64,000 bases of DNA, from NCBI GenBank assembly GCA_947175555.1, contig CAMWNK010000002.1:19186-83185 (forward strand), in the 5' to 3' direction. The notes beneath the pieces were generated by a model. That model did no database searches. It worked only from the letters and a program-made list of their open reading frames with translations, and was not told the DNA's origin. The translations under genes were made by a program, and so were the position numbers. Shown one piece after another: positions 20,620-28,242 of this stretch; positions within the stretch are counted from its first letter, which is position 1; each line of letters starts with the position of its first letter. The DNA is from an uncultured Clostridia bacterium. Its GTDB lineage: Bacteria > Bacillota > Clostridia > Christensenellales > UBA3700.

Positions 20620-20640
20620 GCAATGTTTCACGTAAAACAT
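20620..20640. repeat. parS-like site, copy 2 of the exact 21-nt repeat
   Basis: Identical 21-mer GCAATGTTTCACGTAAAACAT in the same orientation, 1146 bp from copy 1. The core lies at 20624-20639. Confidence 0.6.
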
Positions 20641-20894
20641 TCTCGGCGGTTATAGAGCGTAGATATTTTTCTTTTTACACGCTTGCATGACAACCTCCGT
20701 TGTCTTATATGCTCTTTTACTAATCTACAAGGCTTTTTATTATAAATCGGATATAATCGCGACGTCGCCAAGCGTCAAACACTTTCTTGACTATTGTTTT
20801 ATTATACTTTAATTACTTATACATCTTAAGCACAGTTTATTACTATAGTCGGCAGCGACTGAGAACAGTAATTAATAAGGTTGCTTTTTAAGAT

Positions 20895-20923
20895 TTTAAT
20901 AATTATCAAAGATAATTATTAAA
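20895..20923. repeat. 29-bp perfect AT-only palindrome inside an A+T-rich tract (roughly 90% A+T)
   Basis: TTTAATAATTATC-aaa-GATAATTATTAAA: 13-bp arms with a 3-nt spacer. The surrounding 20886-20960 has about 8 G/C in about 75 nt by my count. Confidence 0.6.
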
Positions 20924-21169
20924 TTTTATTTTTTATGTTGATATCTATCGATTTTATTTATCGCTGTTTACGCATATTTTAGTCTTATTTGCCTTGCAAC
21001 TAATTTGTTATATTTCAGTCTCGATTGCGACCGATTGTCGATATGATTATTTTTATCCTTTAAGTGCGCATAGAAAGTTTATTATGTGCTCATCGCGTCA
21101 ACAATGTAATCGCCGCGCCCTGCGCAGTCTGAAGTCTTTTATATATAATATTATTAAAAGATTATTTAC

Positions 21170-21199
21170 TTGACAGCAAGGCGAGCCTTATATTATACT
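21170..21199 (+). promoter_or_regulatory. Sigma-A-type promoter for rpmH-rnpA
   Basis: TTGACA (21170-21175), 18-nt spacer, TATACT (21194-21199), 35 nt upstream of the rpmH ATG. Confidence 0.6.
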
Positions 21200-21234
21200 G
21201 TTTTAGCTATTATTAAAAGAGAGGGCTAAAGGAT

Positions 21235-21369
21235 ATGAAGAGAACTTATCAACCCAAAAAGAGACAGCGCAGCAAGGTGCACGGTTTCCGCAAGAGAATG
21301 TCCACCAAGGGTGGCAGGAACGTAATCGCACGCCGCCGCAACAAGGGCAGAAAGCAGCTGAGCGCGTAA
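21235..21369 (+). CDS. rpmH: 50S ribosomal protein L34
   Basis: My translation: [44 protein letters not shown] (44 aa). GAGGG RBS upstream. Below the ORF-track size cutoff. Confidence 0.95.
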   Translation: MKRTYQPKKRQRSKVHGFRKRMSTKGGRNVIARRRNKGRKQLSA

Positions 21370-21382
21370 TTATTGCTAAGAT

Positions 21383-21805
21383 ATGCAGAAGAAGTATCGT
21401 CTGGGAGGCAGACGCACTTTTTCATACATCTACCGTAAGGGCAGCAGGTGCGGCGGCAAATATGTATCCGTTACCTATTGCCCCACTAAATACGGCTTAC
21501 GCGTAGGCGTTGTTTCCGGTAAGCGCGTGGGCAAGAGCGTAGTTCGCAACAAGGTAAAGCGTCGCCTTAAGGATATTGCAATGCGTATCATAGGATATCT
21601 TCAAGGCGGATACAACTACGTAATAGTCGCAAAGTCGGGCACAGCAGACGTGCCTTATATGCAGCTGGCTCAAGACCTTATTATCTGTCTTGATAAAGTC
21701 GGCTTGATTAAGGACAAGGCGGGCGCGCTCAGCCAATTTGCCGCTTTAGGCAAGGCAAAGGATAGCGCAGACGCTCTATCCGCAAATAAGGCTGACTTAT
21801 GCTGA
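21383..21805 (+). CDS. rnpA: Ribonuclease P protein component
   Basis: 140 aa. GKRVGKSVVRNKVKRRLKD is the RnpA RNR motif region. Lies directly after rpmH. Its C-terminus is about 20 aa longer than typical and overlaps yidD. Confidence 0.85.
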   Translation: MQKKYRLGGRRTFSYIYRKGSRCGGKYVSVTYCPTKYGLRVGVVSGKRVGKSVVRNKVKRRLKDIAMRIIGYLQGGYNYVIVAKSGTADVPYMQLAQDLIICLDKVGLIKDKAGALSQFAALGKAKDSADALSANKADLC

Positions 21806-22020
21806 TACGCATCTATAAGAGGTATTACAATCCCTTAATGAAAGATCGGTGCATATACACGCCGTCATGCTCGGCGTATATGGGACAAGCCGTACGTAAA
21901 TGGGGACCTTTAGGGATAATTATGGGCATAATGCGATTGCTCAGATGCGTTCCGTGGAAAGAGGGCGGATTCGATCCCGTTAAGGATAATTACCGAGGAG
22001 TTGCTAAATGGATATTTTAA
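21799..22020 (+). CDS. yidD: Membrane protein insertion efficiency factor YidD
   Basis: 73 aa. CIYTPSCSAYMGQAVRKWGPLGIIMGIMRLLRCVPW..GGFDPV. Confidence 0.9.
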   Translation: MLIRIYKRYYNPLMKDRCIYTPSCSAYMGQAVRKWGPLGIIMGIMRLLRCVPWKEGGFDPVKDNYRGVAKWIF

Positions 22021-23267
22021 CTACGTTGGCGGTAGCTCTGCCGAGCAACCTGATTGGCAAATGGCTTGTTCAGTTGTCCCAGCTTTTGCCGTCGTTCGGT
22101 GTTACTGTCATCGTATTCACCATTATACTCAAGCTCATCACATCCCCGCTCGATATCTGGCAGAAGATATCTCAGCGCAAGCAATCCAAGGCGATGGCGC
22201 GCCTACAGCCTAAACTTGCTAAACTTCAGAAGCAATACGCCAATCAACCCCAACTTCTCAGGCAGAAACAAGCCGAATTACAGAAAGAAGAGAAGTTACA
22301 CCCCCTCGCTTCCTGCATACCGCTTATAGTTACCATGGTAATATTCTTCGTAGTCTTTGCGGGCTTCAGACAGCTTGTTGCCTATCAGAACGAAGTTATT
22401 ATGGAAAACGTATATAACGCATACGTAGAATTTAACGAAAATGCCGACAACGTCGACTCGGCAGTCAAGGATTACGTAATCTCGGCAGAGAGAAAGTCTA
22501 TTCTCGACAGCGACGCCGACATAAGCGAGGACTCGCTCAACAGCAGTCTTAACCAATTTGCATCTCAGATAGACGCTCAATCGGGCGCAGGCTGGGACAA
22601 GTATTCGTCCGCGCGTACGCTTTACGGCGACTATATGGACAGCTCGGAAAAAAACGGCTTTATGAACAATCTGCCTATAGAGCAAAAGGGCGTCATCCGC
22701 GGCGTGGCAAGCGCATATCAGACTGCTCTTAACGCGCGCCTTGCCGATGCTTACGAAGAGCATATGGAGAGCTTCCTTTGGATTAAGAACGTATTTATGT
22801 CGGATACCGGCACTAATGTAGTTCCTACGGCGCAGCAGTTCGTCGGCGGCAAGATACAGGCGCACTGGGACGTATCAGGAGTATCGTACGATACGCTTGC
22901 AGGTCCCGCGCAAGAGCGACTTAATAAGAAGTCTTTCTGGGACGTCAAGAATTGGAACGGATATTTTGTACTGCCAATCATATCGGTGGTGCTTTCCGTA
23001 CTGACCACGTGGTTTACGCAGAAGATGTCCCCTCAAAACATGATGGGCAGCGCCGATCAACAGAAATCTCAGCAAAAGACCATGAAAATGGTAACGTATA
23101 TGATGCCGCTTATAATGGGCATATTCGCGATTGTATACAGCGCGGCATTTGCACTTTATTACTTTATGAGTAACGCGGTTAGCACGCTGTTTAATATCGC
23201 TTATATTATTATCACTAAGCAACTGGATAAACGGGAGGCAGCCAAGAGCCTCATATCCGTTAAGTGA
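22008..23267 (+). CDS. yidC: YidC/Oxa1-family membrane protein insertase with an unusually long hydrophilic insertion
   Basis: 419 aa. ILKLITSPLDIWQ ... LQPKLAKLQKQY ... FLWIKNVFMSD ... MPLIMGIF. Conserved position after rnpA-yidD. Confidence 0.85.
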   Translation: MDILTTLAVALPSNLIGKWLVQLSQLLPSFGVTVIVFTIILKLITSPLDIWQKISQRKQSKAMARLQPKLAKLQKQYANQPQLLRQKQAELQKEEKLHPLASCIPLIVTMVIFFVVFAGFRQLVAYQNEVIMENVYNAYVEFNENADNVDSAVKDYVISAERKSILDSDADISEDSLNSSLNQFASQIDAQSGAGWDKYSSARTLYGDYMDSSEKNGFMNNLPIEQKGVIRGVASAYQTALNARLADAYEEHMESFLWIKNVFMSDTGTNVVPTAQQFVGGKIQAHWDVSGVSYDTLAGPAQERLNKKSFWDVKNWNGYFVLPIISVVLSVLTTWFTQKMSPQNMMGSADQQKSQQKTMKMVTYMMPLIMGIFAIVYSAAFALYYFMSNAVSTLFNIAYIIITKQLDKREAAKSLISVK

Positions 23268-23281
23268 ATGGGAGAAAGATT

Positions 23282-24103
23282 ATGAAGAGTATAGAAGTTA
23301 CCGCATCCTCTTACGACGAAGCGTTAAGAAGCGCGCTCGAGCAGTTGGGACTTGAGGAAAACGAAGTCGACACCGCCATCGTCAAGGAAAGCGGACTTAT
23401 TAAGAAGAAGGTTACCGTCAAGGTTACGCAGAAGCTGACAGGTCAGCTCGCCGCGCTCGAATTCATCGAGGGCGCAATAGAGCGCATGGGCTTTAACTGC
23501 GAGGTGGAGATGAGCAAGAGCGAGGAGGGATACCTTTACAACATCAGCGGTCCCGACGTAGCGCACATCATAGGCTACCGCGGAGACGTGCTCGACAGCT
23601 TGCAATATTTGGCGCTGCTCATAGCCAACTCTACGGGCGGCTTTGACGGCAGGATTATAGTAGACGGAGAGAATTACCGCGAAAAGCGCGTCCAGGTACT
23701 TACCAAGCTCGCTCGCAGATTAGCCTTTAAGGCGGCTAAGTCGGGCGAGGCTATTTCCTTAGAGCCCATGAATCCCTTTGAGCGCAGAGTAATACATTCC
23801 GCTCTTGCAGGCGATAATTACGTTACTACCCACAGCGAGGGAGACGAGCCTTCCCGTTATGTGGTAATCGCGCCCAATAAGAAGAGGGGCGAGGGCAGAC
23901 AGGGCGGCAGAAGAGACGGCGACAGACGCCGCTCGGACAGAAACAGGGGCGAGAGGACGACGTCCGCTGCTCCTACCGTGTCAAAGAGCAATATAGAGTA
24001 CCACACCGATATCGATATGTACGATGCTTCCAGCAGCGTCAACTTTAAGAAAAAGGGCTTTGGCAAGACCAAGTCGTACGGCAACAATAAGAGATTTTTC
24101 TGA
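23282..24103 (+). CDS. jag: RNA-binding protein Jag/KhpB (Jag_N, KH, R3H) with an Arg/Gly-rich C-terminal tail
   Basis: MKSIEVTASSYDEALRSALEQLG ... PMNPFERRVIHSAL (R3H). Follows yidC. ATG 23282 has a GGGAGAAAG RBS. Confidence 0.85.
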   Translation: MKSIEVTASSYDEALRSALEQLGLEENEVDTAIVKESGLIKKKVTVKVTQKLTGQLAALEFIEGAIERMGFNCEVEMSKSEEGYLYNISGPDVAHIIGYRGDVLDSLQYLALLIANSTGGFDGRIIVDGENYREKRVQVLTKLARRLAFKAAKSGEAISLEPMNPFERRVIHSALAGDNYVTTHSEGDEPSRYVVIAPNKKRGEGRQGGRRDGDRRRSDRNRGERTTSAAPTVSKSNIEYHTDIDMYDASSSVNFKKKGFGKTKSYGNNKRFF

Positions 24104-24151
24104 TATCGCGGGCGGCAGTACATGCCGCCTTAACAATACGTAAGTCGGGAC

Positions 24152-24865
24152 ATGGCAGATAGTAAGAGCAAGAAGGTCAACGTTCATAAAGGGCACAGAC
24201 AGCGCGTCAAACAAAAAATTGCCGAGCACGGCATAGACGTATTGCACGATCACGAGATACTCGAGTATCTGCTCTATCCGTTTATCCCTCTTAAAGATAC
24301 CAATCCCATAGCTCACAGCCTGCTCAATACTTTCGGCAACTTATATACGCTAATTAACACCGATGCGGAAGCAATATTTAGCGTTCCTCACGTTACTAAG
24401 GACGCCGCGCTGTTCTTAAGCTCGCTCTCGGGCGTATTCAAGCGTTGTTCTCGGATAAACGCAGGCAATAAAAAGGTATTTATCCGCAACGTCAGCGATG
24501 CCGCATCTTATTTGCATTCCGTTACAAGAGGACTTGACGTAGAGGTGATTTACATGCTCTGCGTAGACGACGCCTGTCTCATGCGCGCAGGTTATCTCAT
24601 GAACAGCGGCGATGCCACAGGTTGCAAGACGGAGATACGCAGCTATTTGCGCAAGCTCGACACCGTCAATGCTTCGCACGTATATGTCGGACACAACCAC
24701 ACCGTGGGGACTCCCATGCCGTCCGAAGAGGACAACATCTTTACGCGCAAGCTCAATACCGCGCTCGATTCTATCGGCGTAACGCTTGCCGATCACCTCG
24801 TCCTCACCGACGACGGCAGATATTTCAGCTACAGGCTCAACGGCTTATTGGAGGATACGCTATGA
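24152..24865 (+). CDS. radC: RadC-family JAB/MPN domain protein
   Basis: 237 aa. N-terminal HRQRVKQK..G...L.DHEILEYLL and a C-terminal JAMM-like GHNHTVGTPMPSEEDNIFT. Confidence 0.75.
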   Translation: MADSKSKKVNVHKGHRQRVKQKIAEHGIDVLHDHEILEYLLYPFIPLKDTNPIAHSLLNTFGNLYTLINTDAEAIFSVPHVTKDAALFLSSLSGVFKRCSRINAGNKKVFIRNVSDAASYLHSVTRGLDVEVIYMLCVDDACLMRAGYLMNSGDATGCKTEIRSYLRKLDTVNASHVYVGHNHTVGTPMPSEEDNIFTRKLNTALDSIGVTLADHLVLTDDGRYFSYRLNGLLEDTL

Positions 24866-25824
24866 AGACTAAGGACGCCGTATTAAAGCTGCTTAAGGAC
24901 CGCGCAGGCGACAGCGTATCGGGGCAGGAAATTGCTTCTATTCTCGGAATATCGCGCAATGCGGTATGGAAGGCTGTCAATTCGCTAAGACTGTCGGGTT
25001 GCAATATCGACGGCGGTACCAATCGCGGATACGCTTTGATTTCCATAGGCGGCAAGCCTAAACTCAAAAATATTCGTAAAGGCATGCACGGCGAAGACGC
25101 GGATATATTTATTTTCGACTCCGTTACCTCTACCAACGATATCGCGCTCGATATGCTTAGAGACGGCGCGCGGCACGGCACGTCGATTGTAGCTCACAGC
25201 CAGACGCGCGGCAGGGGCAGGACGGGCAGATCTTTCTTCTCTCCCGCAGGCAGCGGAATATATCTCAGCATAATCATCAGACGCAATATCGAGGTGGATA
25301 ATCTCCTCGCCGTTACTCCCGCAGCCGCCGTAGCAACAAGGCGCGCTATAGCCGACGTATGCGGCAAGCAGTGCCTTATCAAGTGGGTGAACGACCTCTA
25401 TTTCAACGACAGAAAGGTATGCGGCATTCTCACGCAGAGCCTCACCGACCTTGACGGGAAGATAAGCGGAATAGTCGTGGGCATAGGCGTCAACTTCGTT
25501 GCCGTGCCGCTCCCCGAGGACATTAAAAATAAGGCGGGCGCGCTCTTCGACCTGCCGCCCGATATAGATAGGGACGGCCTTATCGGCGCAATTATTTCTC
25601 GATTTCTAAGTATTACCGACAGCCTCGGAGACAGGACTTTTATGGACGAATACCGCGCGCACTCCATGATACTGGGAGAGAGGATTACGTACGAAAGGGG
25701 CGGTATAGAATACTTTGGCATAGCAACCGATATCGACAACGACGGCGCGCTTTACGTCAAGTCGGACAGCGGACAGGTTACTAAAATCAACAGCGGAGAA
25801 GTTAGCATACGCAGACTATATTAA
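24862..25824 (+). CDS. birA: Bifunctional biotin-[acetyl-CoA-carboxylase] ligase / transcriptional repressor
   Basis: MKTKDAVLKLLKDRAGDSVSGQEIASILGISRNAVWKAVNSLR (HTH) ... QTRGRGRTGRSFFSP ... KWVNDLY. ATGA overlap with radC. The ORF-track start at 24622 is too long. Confidence 0.9.
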   Translation: MKTKDAVLKLLKDRAGDSVSGQEIASILGISRNAVWKAVNSLRLSGCNIDGGTNRGYALISIGGKPKLKNIRKGMHGEDADIFIFDSVTSTNDIALDMLRDGARHGTSIVAHSQTRGRGRTGRSFFSPAGSGIYLSIIIRRNIEVDNLLAVTPAAAVATRRAIADVCGKQCLIKWVNDLYFNDRKVCGILTQSLTDLDGKISGIVVGIGVNFVAVPLPEDIKNKAGALFDLPPDIDRDGLIGAIISRFLSITDSLGDRTFMDEYRAHSMILGERITYERGGIEYFGIATDIDNDGALYVKSDSGQVTKINSGEVSIRRLY

Positions 25825-25854
25825 TTATGGATTATATTTTTATTATATAAATGC

Positions 25855-25885
25855 AATAGCGGGCGGATATTATCCGCCCGCTATT
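25855..25885. terminator. Perfect 15-bp hairpin between convergent genes
   Basis: AATAGCGGGCGGATA-t-TATCCGCCCGCTATT. Confidence 0.7.
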
Positions 25886-25899
25886 GATATCTACCTATA

Positions 25900-26400
25900 T
25901 TATTCTTGCTCTTGAGAATCTTTTATCTCTTGGTCTTGCTCGATTGCAGGCTCGCCGTCTTCAGCGTCCACACTCTCCGCCATAGTTTCTTCACAGACAG
26001 TTTCGAGCGCCTCGCTATTTGCGCTATCATCTACTACAAGCTCGCCGTCCTCACTCAGCGTATACCCGTCGAGCAATCCTTCTTCGATACACTGCTTGAC
26101 AACTTTTTCCGTATTACGCTTCGCAGCTTCCGTCTTTGCCATGCTCAGCTCGTCAATATTGCTTTTGCCGTCCTGCACGCCTTTAAGAATATTGACGCAT
26201 GCCGCAATGTTCTTTAGCATATACGCCGCATACGCTATCCCAAACAGTCCTATCGGTATCAACGCAATGACTGCATATCCAGATGCGTTCTGCCCGTAAT
26301 ATACCGCCAGCGAAGAGCCCAGTATTCCCACTACCAACATAAATGCGCTTATGCCCAGTACGGTAAGCGCAGCTTTTTTTGCCTTTATCAGCTTGTCCAT
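25900..26400 (-). CDS. Hypothetical membrane protein (2 TM) with acidic C-terminus
   Basis: 166 aa. Two hydrophobic segments followed by a D/E-rich tail. No family recognised. Confidence 0.5.
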   Translation of the reverse strand: MDKLIKAKKAALTVLGISAFMLVVGILGSSLAVYYGQNASGYAVIALIPIGLFGIAYAAYMLKNIAACVNILKGVQDGKSNIDELSMAKTEAAKRNTEKVVKQCIEEGLLDGYTLSEDGELVVDDSANSEALETVCEETMAESVDAEDGEPAIEQDQEIKDSQEQE

Positions 26401-26691
26401 ATCTATATTGTACTACTTGCGCGCCGATTTTTCAAGTGGCAATTTTATGCCATTTTTATATAAAATTCGATTTGCCTATCAATCTATACTTTTAATCTTG
26501 ACAATCGATACTATATGCTCCATTCTTTTTTTACTCGGCATGTCGCATGTTCACGATATTCAGCTGATTATATTCGCCTACGTCTATATCGTTATCGCTT
26601 TGCGCCTTGTATCGGCTTCTTCCTGTTATCAATTCGCAATTTTTCGGATATAATTTATCATATTGCGCGACTATTGCCATATCTTTCCGAC

Positions 26692-26720
26692 TTGACACAT
26701 CATTATAAAGAATATATAAT
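26692..26720 (+). promoter_or_regulatory. Sigma-A-type promoter for ssrA
   Basis: TTGACA (26692-26697), 17-nt spacer, TATAAT (26715-26720), 10 nt before the mature tmRNA 5' end. Confidence 0.7.
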
Positions 26721-26730
26721 ACATACGCAT

Positions 26731-27092
26731 GGGCCTGTCTCGGCTTCGACGGGGAAGGGAGGGCAGTGTAAGCATACCGGAGGCTCGTCTCCGCAAATAC
26801 GGAAATTAAAATTAAACGCAGAAAATAAAACCGAGAGCTACAACGGCTCTCTTGCCTTCGCAGCTTAATTTAGCAAGGCTGTCGGCTGAAGTTTCCACGG
26901 CTTCATTACCGGCATCGGACTAGTGGAACAGGGCGCGTCGCTATGCCCAAGGCAACGCGCAAGACTTTTGGGCTTGCCAAAAGGCGAGTTTGCCGCTTAA
27001 CTCGCCCAAGGGAGATTGATAATCGGCTAAGTATGTAGAAAACGCTGTGCAAAGTTTCTCGGACAGGGGTTCGATTCCCCTCAGGTCCACCA
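26731..27092 (+). ncRNA. ssrA: tmRNA (SsrA), one-piece
   Basis: The 5' GGGCCUG pairs with the 3' CAGGUCC-ACCA, giving an acceptor stem with a G3:U pair. The T-arm is GGGGTTCGATTCCCC. The tag reading frame runs from GCA 26818 to TAA 26866-26868 and encodes AENKTESYNGSLAFAA. Confidence 0.95.
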
Positions 27093-27102
27093 AACGAGGG
27101 GT

Positions 27103-27136
27103 ATACGCACACTATAGCGGTGTGCGTACTTTTTTG
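27103..27136 (+). terminator. Rho-independent terminator after ssrA
   Basis: ACGCACAC ... GTGTGCGT stem followed by TTTTTT. Confidence 0.7.
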
Positions 27137-27331
27137 TTTTTTATAATTTACAGATAAAAATATTGAAAGCCATTGACGTCTGTGCTACATTTAGCAATGA
27201 TGCTATTGTAGCATATACGTTTGCATGCGTACATTGTCATTGCCGCGCTTTTACATTAGTGTATAGTTTGATTTGTCCGCTTGGTTATGGCTGTGATATA
27301 ATTATTGTATAAATTATGAGGAGATGTAATA

Positions 27332-27535
27332 ATGCCTTATATTAAAATCGAAAGCGGAAAATTATCCGACGAGCAAAAGACTTTACTTATTGAGCGCTTA
27401 ACCAAAGTATCATCGCAGATAATGAATATCCCTCAAGAATTTTTCGTAACGACTATTACGGAATTGCCCGATAAAAATTTCGGAATCGGCGGCAAGACGA
27501 TTGATATTATCAAGCGTGAATATAAGAATAAGTAG
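27332..27535 (+). CDS. 4-oxalocrotonate tautomerase family protein
   Basis: 67 aa beginning MPYIKIE (catalytic Pro1 context). Size and pattern fit the tautomerase superfamily. GAGGAG RBS. Confidence 0.6.
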   Translation: MPYIKIESGKLSDEQKTLLIERLTKVSSQIMNIPQEFFVTTITELPDKNFGIGGKTIDIIKREYKNK

Positions 27536-27596
27536 GGCTATCCCTCTTAATAACGCTTTTTTAATCAAAATATTTTTACAGCAATAAGGAGTTAAT

Positions 27597-28187
27597 ATGA
27601 AAAAGATAGTGTACGTAATATTGGAGCAATGGGCGGACTGGGAGCTTGCATATATTTCGTCTGCCGTAAATATGCTCGGTGGCGGAAAGATTGAAAACAA
27701 AATCGCCTCGCTTACAAAAGATGCCGTTACGTCTATCGGAGGCATAAAGTGCTTGCCCGATTACGATTTGCAGTCGACGCCTGCCGATTATGACGCGCTT
27801 ATACTTATCGGCGGCATGTCATGGCGTAGCGATAATGCGCTGCTTGTAAAGCCGCTTATAGAGGGCTGTATAAAAGGCGGAAAAGTATTGGGAGCGATAT
27901 GCGACGCTTGCAGATTTATAGGCTCTTTAGGATTTTTGAACAATGCAAAGCATACAGCCAACGACTTAAACGAGTTGATGCAATATGCCGCATATACAAA
28001 CGCGCAAGGCTTTGTGCCGAGGCAAGCCGTATCGGATAATTACATCGTTACCGCCAACGGCACGGCTGCACTTGAATTTGCTAAGGAGATATTAAAGGCG
28101 CTATTTATTGCAGACGATGAGCAGATAAAAGACTGGTATGACTTTCACAAGCTCGGCTTTTATACTGCAGCAATGCCGAAGATGTAA
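27597..28187 (+). CDS. DJ-1/PfpI-family (class I glutamine amidotransferase-like) protein
   Basis: 196 aa. YDALILIGG ... VLGAICDACRFIG (nucleophile-elbow Cys context). AAGGAG RBS. Confidence 0.65.
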   Translation: MKKIVYVILEQWADWELAYISSAVNMLGGGKIENKIASLTKDAVTSIGGIKCLPDYDLQSTPADYDALILIGGMSWRSDNALLVKPLIEGCIKGGKVLGAICDACRFIGSLGFLNNAKHTANDLNELMQYAAYTNAQGFVPRQAVSDNYIVTANGTAALEFAKEILKALFIADDEQIKDWYDFHKLGFYTAAMPKM

Positions 28188-28242
28188 ATTATCATAATCG
28201 GTTGAACTCATTCCTTTACCCTAAGATAGGAGAGCGTTCTCA

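Noticed and set aside
19632-20829. A 14-nt inverted repeat, CTTAAGATGTATAA at 19632-19645 and its reverse complement at 20816-20829, which could bound a mobile element together with the 21-mer repeats.
   Set aside because: By rough estimate, a 14-mer match within a 2.7-kb AT-rich tract is only borderline unlikely (expectation about 0.1). The sequences adjacent to the arms do not align, and there is no transposase or target-site duplication.
18570-21234. A hidden gene in the gap read with an alternative genetic code (stop-codon reassignment, as in some phages).
   Set aside because: Reading one + frame through 19021-21240, TAA, TAG and TGA all recur, so no single reassignment opens a long frame there. 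I did not read the other five frames codon by codon. The ORF track (standard code) shows nothing over 72 aa in any frame. All flanking genes use the standard code.
18570-21234. A CRISPR array or iteron array in the gap.
   Set aside because: There are no regularly spaced direct repeats. The only significant repeat is the 21-mer, which is present twice, 1146 bp apart.
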